DNA of 64,000 nt, from assembly GCA_017504585.1 (NCBI GenBank), contig JAFVQX010000190.1, positions 250 to 64,249 on the forward strand, in the 5' to 3' direction. This stretch comes from Lentisphaeria bacterium. Its GTDB lineage: Bacteria > Verrucomicrobiota > Lentisphaeria > Victivallales > Victivallaceae. The notes under the pieces were generated by a model. The model had not been told where the DNA came from, did no database searches, and saw only the letters and a list, made by a program, of their open reading frames with translations. Position 1 is the stretch's first letter. Each line of letters opens with the position of its first letter. This document shows positions 27,625 through 37,600 of the stretch, in pieces. Position numbers and translations under genes: made by a program.

Positions 27625-28557
27625 TCAGCAGGCACTTCCGTTATCATCCGCGGCGATAACGCTTTTTTTGAGGAGTTTCAAAAAGTTTTTCAGCGTGCGG
27701 GATTGATTGTTTTCGTCCCACGCGGCAATGATGATGCGTTTTATCAGCAAGTCGGTATCGCGGTAAACGATATTTTCGCGCTCATCGATCACGGCGGGTT
27801 TTATCACCAGCCCGATGCCCAGTCCGGCGGAAACCAGCTGGCGGGTCGCCCGCAGCCCCAGCGCTTCGACTTCCACAATGGGGTAGGTGCCGCAATGCTT
27901 GTAAAAGATCTCTTCAAACTTCTTCCGCAGCCACGGCACAAGGTTTGCCGAAGGCAGGATAAAGTTGGAGTTCTTCAAATCGCTGACCCGCAGATCCTCT
28001 TTGTATGCCAGCGGGTGTTTGGCGGGTATGGCAAAACATATAGGCAACTCCAGCAATTTGAAATACTGAAGATTCTGCTCTTCCAGCCCCACCAGATTGT
28101 TTACTGCCAGAAAACCTATATCCGCTTCGCCTGACCGCACCTGATTATATACAGGAGGCGTCCCCTGATAATCGTGTATCTGCAATTTTACTGCGGGATA
28201 TTTTTCGTGCATCTTTTTCAAAATGCCCCCCAAATGCAGATAGTCGTAAACCATGTTGGCTACCGAGATCGAAAGCATCCCCCGTTCGCCCCGCGCCGCC
28301 CGGCGGGCATGTTCATCGGCTCTGGCAAGGAGTTCCGGCAGATTTTTCACCTCTTCGGCGTAGGCTTTTCCTGCGGCAGTCAGGCGGATGTTCCATTTGT
28401 CGGAACGGTCAAACAAACGGCAATCCAGCGATTGCTCCAACTTGCTGATCTCTTTGCTCAAAGCCGCCTGGGTTATGCCCATAAGCGAAGCGGTTTTGCC
28501 GAAATGCAGCTCTTGGGCGAGCTGCAAAAAAATCTCTATTTCCCGGAAAGTAGCCAT
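27625..28557 (-). CDS. LysR-family transcriptional regulator
   Basis: The N-terminal wHTH is 'FREIEIFLQLAQELHFGKTASLMGITQAALSKEISKLEQSL'. It is divergent from the RND operon. Confidence 0.9.
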   Translation of the reverse strand: MATFREIEIFLQLAQELHFGKTASLMGITQAALSKEISKLEQSLDCRLFDRSDKWNIRLTAAGKAYAEEVKNLPELLARADEHARRAARGERGMLSISVANMVYDYLHLGGILKKMHEKYPAVKLQIHDYQGTPPVYNQVRSGEADIGFLAVNNLVGLEEQNLQYFKLLELPICFAIPAKHPLAYKEDLRVSDLKNSNFILPSANLVPWLRKKFEEIFYKHCGTYPIVEVEALGLRATRQLVSAGLGIGLVIKPAVIDERENIVYRDTDLLIKRIIIAAWDENNQSRTLKNFLKLLKKSVIAADDNGSAC

Positions 28558-28609
28558 TTTTTAATAACCTTTCGTTTATCAAGATAATGCGATAAATATA
28601 TTGCATTTT

Positions 28610-28633
28610 ATCTGAAATGCAATTATTTTGCTT
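28610..28633. promoter_or_regulatory. Perfect inverted repeat, candidate LysR-type operator
   Basis: The sequence ATTGCATTT-tatctg-AAATGCAAT (9-bp arms) lies in the divergent LysR/RND intergenic region. Confidence 0.5.
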
Positions 28634-28670
28634 GAAATATGTTTATTAAATATATAAAGATGGTGGTAAA

Positions 28671-29828
28671 ATGAAAAAGATCCTTGTCAGTTCCGGGTTG
28701 GTGTTGTTGGTATTGTGCAGCGTCTCTTGCAGCAAAAAAGTGGTGCGCGCCAAGGAGCGTTCAGTCCGTGTGGGCGTTCAGAAGCTGGAAAAACGCACAT
28801 TCCGCGAACAGCTGCCGGTGCAGGGAACGGTCAAACCGGTGGAATACGCCACTATTTCTGCAAAAATCAGCGGCACATTGGAAATGCTCAATGTGGATGA
28901 AGGCGATCACCGCAAAACCGGCGATGTGCTTTTCGGCATCGACCGGCAGGTTCTGAAAAATCAGGTGGTGGTCAAAGAAGACGAGATCAATGTTAAAGAA
29001 GCCGCTTTGAAAAGTGCCGAACTGCAGCTCAAAACCGAAGAGATCACCTTGCAGCAGGCCAAGCGCGATTACGAACGCGCTTTGACCCTCTCCCGCTCCA
29101 ACGCCTTGAGTCAGAGCAATCTGGAAACCACCGAAACCGCCTACAAAACAGCCCAGATGGATGTTCAGAACGCCCACAGTGCCATCGTCAACGCCCGCGC
29201 CCAGCTCAAACAGGCGCAAAGCAATCTTGCCATCGCCAGAAAAAATCTGGATGACTCGGTAGTACGCGCCCCCTTCGATTGCGTGGTTTTTGATAAATAT
29301 GTGGAAGCCAACGAATATGTTTCTGCCGGTCAGAACATACTCAAGCTGGAAAATCATGATAAACTGGAAGTGGAAACCTTTATCAGTGCCGGTTATTACC
29401 ACCAGATCGAAGCCGGCAAGACCAAAGTGGAGTTCAAAGATGTGAACGGTAAAGTTTTGGGTACTGCTGTCGTAACTTACAAATCCCCCGGGGTCGACCC
29501 CGAAAGCCGTACTTTCAAACTCAAAGCAGTGGTTCCGAAAAATGTCAAACTGGTCAGCGGTATGCTGGCAGACATCAATTTGATCCTGCAGGAAAAAGTT
29601 GCCTACGGTCTGCCCGCCGACGCCATGATGCTTCGCGCCAACGACCGCTACATGGTCTACACTGTCACAGCCGACAAGCGCGCCAAAGATACCACCGTGG
29701 AGCGGGGGATCATCGACGGTGGCTATTGCGAAGTACTCAACACTGCCGAACTGCTGGGCAAAGAGGTGGTCACCACCGGTCAGACCTTTGTCAACAACAA
29801 TGCTCTGCTGAACATCATCAACAAGTAA
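28671..29828 (+). CDS. RND efflux periplasmic adaptor (MFP/HlyD family)
   Basis: It has a lipoprotein-like signal 'LCSVSC', a coiled-coil hairpin region and beta-barrel domains typical of AcrA-like adaptors. Confidence 0.85.
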   Translation: MKKILVSSGLVLLVLCSVSCSKKVVRAKERSVRVGVQKLEKRTFREQLPVQGTVKPVEYATISAKISGTLEMLNVDEGDHRKTGDVLFGIDRQVLKNQVVVKEDEINVKEAALKSAELQLKTEEITLQQAKRDYERALTLSRSNALSQSNLETTETAYKTAQMDVQNAHSAIVNARAQLKQAQSNLAIARKNLDDSVVRAPFDCVVFDKYVEANEYVSAGQNILKLENHDKLEVETFISAGYYHQIEAGKTKVEFKDVNGKVLGTAVVTYKSPGVDPESRTFKLKAVVPKNVKLVSGMLADINLILQEKVAYGLPADAMMLRANDRYMVYTVTADKRAKDTTVERGIIDGGYCEVLNTAELLGKEVVTTGQTFVNNNALLNIINK

Positions 29829-29849
29829 GTTTAGGGGAGTTTATTCAAG

Positions 29850-32800
29850 ATGTTTTTAAGTCGGATAAGTGTGCGCCGTCCCATTGCCATGACGGCATTT
29901 ATCATTGTTCTTATTATGATCGGGGCTTCCCTTTACCCCCGGTTGAGTATCGACCTGCTGCCAAATATTGAGATCCCCACCGTACTGGTTCGCTGCGAAT
30001 ACGAAGGGGCAAGTCCCGCAGAAATCGAAGTGGAGATCATCCGCCGTATAGAAGACGCAGTTTCTTCGTTGGACGGCATCCGGCATATATCCAGCGTGGC
30101 GGTGGAAGATCAGGCGAATATCTCGCTGGAATTCAACATGGGTACCAACGTGGATATTGCCGCTACTGACATCCGGGAAGCGTTGAACACCATCCGCGAC
30201 CAGCTGCCCGACGGTGCTAAAGAGCCCCGTATCCGCAAGATCGATACCAACGCCACATCGGTTGTGCAGATCTTTCTGGTGGGCGACCGCACCCAGGAAG
30301 ACCTTTACGACTTTGCCGACGATGTTATTGCCGACAAGTTTGCCGCTGTTTCCGGCGTAGGCGAAGTGCGGGTCTACGGCTCCAACGAAATGCAGATACA
30401 CATTTTGCTTGACCGCGCCAAACTTACTGCCATGAACCTTTCCATCGGCACTATTGTAAATAAGCTCAAAGCCAACAACGTGCGTAAGCCGCTGGGGCGT
30501 ATCCAGGTCGATAAAAACGAGAAAAACGTGACTTTTGCCGGCGACTACAAGGACATCGAAGAGATCCGGTCGCTGGAAATCGGTACTGTAAAAAACAAAC
30601 GCGTTTACCTGCGGGATATTGCCGAAGTCAAACTTATGAGCCGCGAAGTCCGCAATAAAGCATATGTCAACGGCAAACCGGCAGCATTTTTCAATGTGGT
30701 CAAAAAAGCCGAAGCTAACGCTATTGAGGTTATCAAAGGCATCCGCCAGCGGGTGGAGCAAATGAAACGCAACGGCGAACTGCCCTCGGGTATGGAAATG
30801 GTCTGGTTCAAGGATTCCGGGGAGTTTATTCAGGCGTCGGTGGATGATGCCAAAAGCTCCATTGTTACGGGTATCATCCTGACTGCTGTGCTGCTCTTCC
30901 TCTTTCTGCACGACATCCGCAGTACCTTTATTGTGATGATCTCCATGCCGATTTCGGTGGTGGTGACCTTTGCGGCAATGGTCTGGCTGGGGTACTCCTT
31001 TAACATCATGACCCTCTTGAGTCTGGGCTGTTCGGTGGGGGTGCTGGTGACCAACAGTATCGTGGTTATCGAAAATATCTTCAACCACCTTAACCGTAAC
31101 GAAGATATTAAAACAGCTTCCGAAGAGGGTACCGGCGAGGTTATCGCCGCGGTTTCTGCCAGTGCTTTGACCAATGTGGTGGTGTTTGTGCCGGTGATGA
31201 TCATGATGACCACCCGTATCGGGACGATGATGCGCCCCTTTGCCGGGGTGATGGTGGCGGCTACGATCGTATCGCTTTTTATCAGCTTTACTTTGACCCC
31301 CATCTTGAGCTGCGTTCTGCTTAAAAACTACAAACCCGCCCAAGTTGGCGACAAAAAGACTTTGCTGCAAAAGTTCTTTATTCCGTGGGATATGGGTTAC
31401 GACTGGCTTTGCGGAAAGTTCAACAGATCCATCGAGTGGACCAGCCGGCACCCCCGGATCATTGTGGCAACGGTTTTTGCCGGAGCGATTTGTGTGTGGG
31501 CGTTTATCATGCCCAAAGTGGGGTTGAGCTTCCTGCCCTTCTGCGACCAGGGCGAGATCCGCATCCGCTTTGAGTTCCCCACCAGCTACAATCTGGAAAC
31601 CACCGAAAAACTGCTGAAAGAAGCCGAAGATCACCTTAAAAAGTATGATTTTATTACCGGTATAAATCTCTGGACCGGTCGGTCAGGTGCCCCCCGCGGA
31701 CAGGTTTCCAGCGCTGTTTATATCGGTCAGATGAACCTGAAGACCACCAAAAAGTTTGAGCGTGAAGAAACGATCGATGACCTTCAGGAAATATTGCGCA
31801 AAGAGTTGAGCTATCTGGATAACTGCCGTATCACCATGAGTATACCCGCAACTTTCGGCAGCAGTACATCGGAAATCAACTGTACCATCAGCGGCCCCGA
31901 TCTGGAAGTCCTTGAAGAAGTGGAAAAGAAAGTCATGGAAACCATTCCCGCTTTGGGGATCACCCGTGACCTTGACAGCAGCAGCCGTGAACGCAAAACC
32001 AATATCAATATCACGCCTGACCGCACCATTCTGCAGAACCTCGGTTTGAGTGCCAACGACCTTTACACCAATTTAGTTGGCTCCCTTGACGGTATCGAAG
32101 TGGGGGACTACCGCACCGGTACCCGTACTTACGACATAAGATTGAAAAACCGCAAGGAATACGGCGAAACCCAGCTTAAACAGAACGCGCTTGCCACCAA
32201 AGATAACAACCCGTTGAATACCGAAGTTCTGGCAAAGATCACCGAAGAGGCCCGCCCGGTTATCATCAACCGTTACGACAAAAACCGCAACATGTATATT
32301 TACGCCAACAGTGCTCCGGGCATGGCTCTGGGGGTGGTTTCCGGTAAGATCTCCGAAACTGCCCGCCCCATGCTGCCCCCCGGGTACACACTGCGTATGC
32401 GCGGTAATGTGGAAATGATGAACGAAACTGCCGCCGAATTCGGTCAGGTGCTTATTCTGGCGGCGATCCTCACCTATCTGCTGATCGCTGCGATCATGGA
32501 ATCGGGGACCAAACCCTTCCTGATCATGTTCACCGTGCCGCTGGGCTTTTTGGGTATGTATTTAACGCTTTACTGCTTTAATATGTCCATGTCCATGATG
32601 GGTCTGCTGGGCGGTGTTATGATGATCGGGATCGTGGTGAACAACGCTATTCTGATCCTTGACGAGTGTTCCACGCTGACCAAAAATGGCGTGCCCACCC
32701 ATCAGGCGATGCTGCAAGCTACTGAAGCCAAGTTCCGACCTATCGTTATGACCAGTATTGCTTCGGTAGCCGGTATGCTGCCCATGGCGTTCGGTACCGG

Positions 32801-32939
32801 GCTGGGGTCGGAACTGCGGTCAAGCTGCGGTGTGGGGGTGGTAGGCGGTCTTTTGATAGCGTCGCTCCTGACGCTTTATGTGATCCCCGCACTCTACTTT
32901 GCCTTTGTGCGCGATACTGCGCCCCGGCAGAACAGCTGA
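29850..32939 (+). CDS. RND efflux inner-membrane transporter (AcrB/HAE-like)
   Basis: At 1029 aa it begins 'SVRRPIAMTAFIIVLIMIGASLY' and has the 12-TM two-lobe organisation typical of AcrB/CzcA-type pumps. Confidence 0.9.
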   Translation: MFLSRISVRRPIAMTAFIIVLIMIGASLYPRLSIDLLPNIEIPTVLVRCEYEGASPAEIEVEIIRRIEDAVSSLDGIRHISSVAVEDQANISLEFNMGTNVDIAATDIREALNTIRDQLPDGAKEPRIRKIDTNATSVVQIFLVGDRTQEDLYDFADDVIADKFAAVSGVGEVRVYGSNEMQIHILLDRAKLTAMNLSIGTIVNKLKANNVRKPLGRIQVDKNEKNVTFAGDYKDIEEIRSLEIGTVKNKRVYLRDIAEVKLMSREVRNKAYVNGKPAAFFNVVKKAEANAIEVIKGIRQRVEQMKRNGELPSGMEMVWFKDSGEFIQASVDDAKSSIVTGIILTAVLLFLFLHDIRSTFIVMISMPISVVVTFAAMVWLGYSFNIMTLLSLGCSVGVLVTNSIVVIENIFNHLNRNEDIKTASEEGTGEVIAAVSASALTNVVVFVPVMIMMTTRIGTMMRPFAGVMVAATIVSLFISFTLTPILSCVLLKNYKPAQVGDKKTLLQKFFIPWDMGYDWLCGKFNRSIEWTSRHPRIIVATVFAGAICVWAFIMPKVGLSFLPFCDQGEIRIRFEFPTSYNLETTEKLLKEAEDHLKKYDFITGINLWTGRSGAPRGQVSSAVYIGQMNLKTTKKFEREETIDDLQEILRKELSYLDNCRITMSIPATFGSSTSEINCTISGPDLEVLEEVEKKVMETIPALGITRDLDSSSRERKTNINITPDRTILQNLGLSANDLYTNLVGSLDGIEVGDYRTGTRTYDIRLKNRKEYGETQLKQNALATKDNNPLNTEVLAKITEEARPVIINRYDKNRNMYIYANSAPGMALGVVSGKISETARPMLPPGYTLRMRGNVEMMNETAAEFGQVLILAAILTYLLIAAIMESGTKPFLIMFTVPLGFLGMYLTLYCFNMSMSMMGLLGGVMMIGIVVNNAILILDECSTLTKNGVPTHQAMLQATEAKFRPIVMTSIASVAGMLPMAFGTGLGSELRSSCGVGVVGGLLIASLLTLYVIPALYFAFVRDTAPRQNS

Positions 32940-32964
32940 AAAGCAGCCGATAGAAACAAAAAAA

Positions 32965-33010
32965 GGGTGTTGCAAAACCTCGCAAAAGGTTGCAGCACCC
33001 CTCGTTTTTT
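32965..33010 (+). terminator. Rho-independent terminator after RND operon
   Basis: A GGGTGTTGCAA...TTGCAGCACCC stem is followed by CTCGTTTTTT. Confidence 0.6.
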
Positions 33011-33043
33011 ACTTGATAAAACACGAAAATAAACGTTCTATCC

Positions 33044-33072
33044 TTGACAAACTGCCTTTTATGATGTATAAT
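33044..33072 (+). promoter_or_regulatory. Consensus sigma70-type promoter
   Basis: The element is TTGACA (33044-33049), a 17-nt spacer and TATAAT (33067-33072), about 120 nt upstream of the pseudopilin gene. Confidence 0.65.
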
Positions 33073-33191
33073 TTACATATCTGTTTGCGTTATTTCGCAT
33101 AATATGCATTATGTGAAGTGAAGATACAGTTGTAAGTTTTTTATTTATAAAATATTACAAATATAAAAAAATAAAATCGAATGGGAGTTTT

Positions 33192-33956
33192 ATGAAAAAA
33201 TCAATGATTTTCAGCTCAAGGACTTCACATAATGCATATTATGCGAAGCAACAGAAGTTTACGCTGATCGAACTCTTGGTCGTGATCGCCATTATTGCCA
33301 TTCTGGCGGCCATGCTGCTGCCGGCGCTGTCGGCTGCCCGGGAGCGTGCCCGTACTTCCAACTGTATAAACAACTGCAAGCAGATCGGTTTGGGCGTAAA
33401 TATGTATGCCGACAGTCACAATGATTATGTTCCGCCCCATGCAGTAGCCAATGTTGATTACCCCTCGGTAAAAATCTCATGGGCGGGGCTGATGTGGAAA
33501 GAAGGCTTGATCGACAGCGAAGTGATTTCCTGCCCCAACGCCCCGATTTCGGCGGGGGCTAAATTCAATAATTACCGTATGACCAGCCAGAGCAGCCAAA
33601 CCATTTCTTTTGATATACCTTACGGTATCCACCGTTGGCTTATCCGCAGTACGCTCTATAAGCGCGCCACACCAGCCAATCCGGCGGCAGCAATGCTTTA
33701 TGCCGACAGTGCCAATGGCGGTTCCTCCAAAGGCTACTATGTGGTTGCTGAAAGGTGGAGCGTTGTAGCCAAAAACAACTTCGGCTCTATTGCCTCCCGG
33801 CACGCCGGAGCTGCCAACTTTGTGTATTTTGACGGCCACGCAGAAACCATTATGACCAAATGCAATATCGAACCGGCAAATTATACTGCTGATACCAACC
33901 CCTATAATGATTTGCCCGCATTTGACACTACCGAAGAATTCTGGGGTGCCAAATAA
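33192..33956 (+). CDS. Prepilin-type N-terminal domain protein with H-X9-DG C-terminal motif (DUF1559/HX9DG pseudopilin-like)
   Basis: The N-terminus is '[33 protein letters not shown]'. The C-terminus is '[13 protein letters not shown]', exactly H-X9-DG. Confidence 0.85.
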   Translation: MKKSMIFSSRTSHNAYYAKQQKFTLIELLVVIAIIAILAAMLLPALSAARERARTSNCINNCKQIGLGVNMYADSHNDYVPPHAVANVDYPSVKISWAGLMWKEGLIDSEVISCPNAPISAGAKFNNYRMTSQSSQTISFDIPYGIHRWLIRSTLYKRATPANPAAAMLYADSANGGSSKGYYVVAERWSVVAKNNFGSIASRHAGAANFVYFDGHAETIMTKCNIEPANYTADTNPYNDLPAFDTTEEFWGAK

Positions 33957-33989
33957 CCTTTTTATGCTGAAACCAAGGAGATTTTTTAT

Positions 33990-34643
33990 ATGAAAAAACA
34001 ATTTTTTACCATTGCCGTATCCGCCCTCGCTCTTACCACGCTTTTTGCCGCTGAACCTACGCTGGATATTACCGGCGACAAAGCACAGGATGTGGTTGTG
34101 GCGGGCAAAACTTATAAATTTGATGGAGCAATCAAAGATGTTGCCGGAGCCAAAGTCATGGCTTTCGGCGAAAAACCCCTTGCGGTGCCCGGCAAAACTT
34201 TAGTGGACGAATCCGGCTCTATTGTTATGGAATACGCCATTGATACCAAAACCTCCAAAAGCGGCGCCCGTCCGCTGGTCTGTCTGCGGTTGGAAGGCAA
34301 CAAGCAGATAGCGTTTTTCACCTTCCACGGCAATCCGGTGATCCAGCTGCGGTTCGGCAATCCGGTTTTTGCCGACAGAAACATCAAACTTACGCCCAAA
34401 AAAATTCACCAGTCGGCAGTTACCTGGGATGGCAAGCAGATCAAGTTCTATTTGGATGGCAAACTTATTTACGAAGCCAAACAGCCGCTGCCGGTCAAGC
34501 CTGCCAACATTGCTCTCTTGACCGTAGGGCCTTTCCGCGATCAGTATTTTATCACGCCCACCTGGGATAACGACTGCTTTATGAAGCGGCTGCGGGTTTA
34601 CAACACTGCTCTTTCGGCAAAAGAAATTGCAGAACTCAAATAA
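33990..34643 (+). CDS. Secreted LamG-like domain protein
   Basis: It has a signal peptide and is clearly alignable to the N-terminal ~220 aa of the next gene ('WDGKQIKFYLDGKLIYEAKQ' vs 'WDGDKIRCYFDGKLIKEAKQ'; 'TPTWDNDCFMKRLRVYNTALSAKEIAEL' vs 'VPAWDNDTFIKSLRLYDRVLSNEEVAKL'). Confidence 0.75.
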   Translation: MKKQFFTIAVSALALTTLFAAEPTLDITGDKAQDVVVAGKTYKFDGAIKDVAGAKVMAFGEKPLAVPGKTLVDESGSIVMEYAIDTKTSKSGARPLVCLRLEGNKQIAFFTFHGNPVIQLRFGNPVFADRNIKLTPKKIHQSAVTWDGKQIKFYLDGKLIYEAKQPLPVKPANIALLTVGPFRDQYFITPTWDNDCFMKRLRVYNTALSAKEIAELK

Positions 34644-34673
34644 GTGATCCAAACATATTTTCCGAGGTTTTCC

Positions 34674-37600
34674 ATGAAGTTATCCAAACTCTTTACTGCC
34701 CTTTTCGTCTTTTTTGCGGCAGTGGCCATGATGGCAAAAGATGCCACGCTTGCCATTGATTTTTCCAGTGATAAATCAATCAAAGTCAACAACCAGACTG
34801 TTGAGTTTACCGGCACTCTCCACGAGATCGACGGCGAAAAACTTATGGCTTACGGCGATAAACCCTGCCAGATACCGGTCAAAGGGCTGGTGGGCAAACA
34901 AGGCACGATGGTTTTGGAGTTTGCTTTTGATAAACCCATGCGTAAAACCAAAAGTGTAGTCCGCACGCTGGCAGTACTCCGGGCCAACGGCAGAGAAGAG
35001 GTGGGGTTTTACTCCTTTGTCAACAACCCCATAGTGCAGTTCCGCTTTGCCAACGGCAGAAAGAATTTTTACGGCGGCACCAAAAAGCTCCCCGGCAGAA
35101 AGCTCCACAAAGCGGCGTTCAGTTGGGATGGCGACAAGATCCGCTGCTATTTTGACGGCAAACTTATCAAAGAAGCCAAACAGGATTTCCCCATTGCAGA
35201 CGGCAAGCTGGAAATTTTGAATATCGGGCCCCTCAAAGACCGCTGGTACCGGGTCCCGGCGTGGGATAACGATACATTCATCAAAAGTTTGCGGCTCTAC
35301 GACCGGGTGCTTTCCAACGAAGAAGTTGCCAAACTTGCCGGGGTGAAAAATAAGCTCATCCATCAGCGTTACCCCAGAGTTATGGCAGTTCCACAGCGGA
35401 ACAGCGAGTTTTCAGGCGGTATATCTTACATGCTTTTGCACCGCTTGAGAAACAGCGAAAAATCATGGGAACTGCCCAAAAACGACGCGGCATTTTCTTA
35501 CGATAAAGATAATCTTTATGTGGATTTTACTACCATTTTCCCCGCTAAAACTTCGGTTTTGAAAGGTCATTCGGCAGCCGATCCCGAATCCGGGGTGTGG
35601 GGCTTTGAATCTTTTGAACTGCACTTGCGCCACAGCGGCAAGCAATACTACTTTGGCGGTACCGCAGCGGGCGGCAAAGCCGATTCGCTGAAAAATGTGC
35701 CCAACTATAACCCCAAGTGGGATTACAGCTCGCATATTTCCATGCAGATAGATGATACATTTCTCTGGCAGGGCAAAGTGGCGATCCCGTGGAAAGCCAT
35801 CGGTTTGAGCAAGGTACCCCAAGAGCTTAAAATGAATTTCTGCCGCAGCTTTTTCAATACAGCTGTTACGGCGGCGACCGACCTTGCCGCCCAGCCGGGC
35901 AAAAGTTACTGGGCTGATGATGAATACTTTTTCACCCTCAAATTCCCCAAAAACGCGCCCTCACTTAAGGTAATCAGCCGGGGCAATCCCTCTTTTGGCA
36001 ACATAGAGCAGGAGTTTGAATTTGTTTCGCCGGTGGATCGCACGGTCAAGTTTTTCATTATTCAGGAAAGCAATTCCGGCTTGCTGACCCCGCAGGCGTT
36101 GGCGGCTCTTACCATCAAGCTCAAAGCCAACGAACCGGTTCGCCAAAAGGTGCAAACGCCTTTGACCATGCTCCACGCCGACCGGCTGGTGTATAAACTT
36201 ACTTCGGCAGACGAAAAAACCGTATTCTTTTCGCAGGATGTACCGCTGAAAATATCGGCTCAATACTTTACGGTAACACCCCTGTATTACGCCGGAAAAA
36301 TCGAACTTGCCGTAAAAACCGCCATCCTCAAAAGCAAATACGGCAACAGTGCCAAGCTGCTCATCACCCTCAAAGATCCTTCCGGCAAAGTGATTTACAA
36401 AAACAGTAAACTTGCCGACCTTGTCAGCATACCCTTTGCTGTTCAAAGTGTTCCCGGCTCCTATCTGCTGGAAATAACCGACGGCAAGGGCGAAGTCATT
36501 TCCGGTCAAACCCTCTATTACCCCGGCATCGGCGAATGGAGCAAACTTGACTTTGATATGACCAGAATAATCCCGCCTTATACCCCCATGACTTACGCTG
36601 AAAATGGCACTTTTACCGCCCAAGTGGTCAACCGGGATTATCGCTGGAACAAAGATGATTTCCTGCCTCAAACCATCACTTCCAGGGGCGAAAATCTCAT
36701 TAAAAGTGCGTCGATCCTGGTCAACGGTCAGGCAATTTCCGGAACGTTTCAGAAAAAATCCGCCTTGCCCCACCGTGCCGAATTTTCCGTTAAGGGCGGC
36801 AATGCCGACTGCCGGATAAATTCCGATGGCTGGCTGGAATTTGACGGCGTTCAGCACAATGTTGTGGAAGTTACGGCGTTGAAAAATATCCGTTCTTTGG
36901 AATTGCAGTTTGTGCTGCCCGCCAGATTTGCCAAATATCTGCACACTTCCGCCAACGGCTGGAGCAACAAGATCACAGCCAAGATCCCCAACGGCAAGTT
37001 TGAATATAAGTTTTATCCGGTGAATTTTATCGGCAACGAAGAGAAAGGTTTGTGTTTCTTTGCCGAAAGCTCCCGCAGCTGGAACGGCAGCGCCAAACCC
37101 TTTATCATTACCAAAAATGACCAAGACGCCGTCTTTACCGTTGTTATTGCCAAAAATCTGCAAGCCGGGGAAATGCTCACTTTCGATTACGGCTTGCTGG
37201 CTTCTCCGGTCAAACCCCAGCACCCCCGCTACCCCCTGAACACCGCCAGCTGGCAGTGGAACGTTACCATGAACCGCCCGGGCAAAACGCCCACAAGCTG
37301 GTGCGGGTATCTGCCCGGCGTAGGGGGGACTCTTGCCGACGCCTTTGCCGATGTGCCGGGCGTGGATAACGATACACTTGTCCGCAAAGTGCAGGAAAAT
37401 GTGGAAATTTTCAAAAAGAATAATGTCAAACCATTTATTTACAACCCCTTCTACACCTCCGACGAATACCCCGAAGTTCAGGCTTTCGGCAACGAGTGGG
37501 AGTGCGTGCCCCGTCAGGTCTGGACGGGCAAACGCAAAAACAAGACCCACACCCTGTTCCTGCTCTGCCCCGCCAGCCGGGGGGCGGATTTCTTCCTCTA

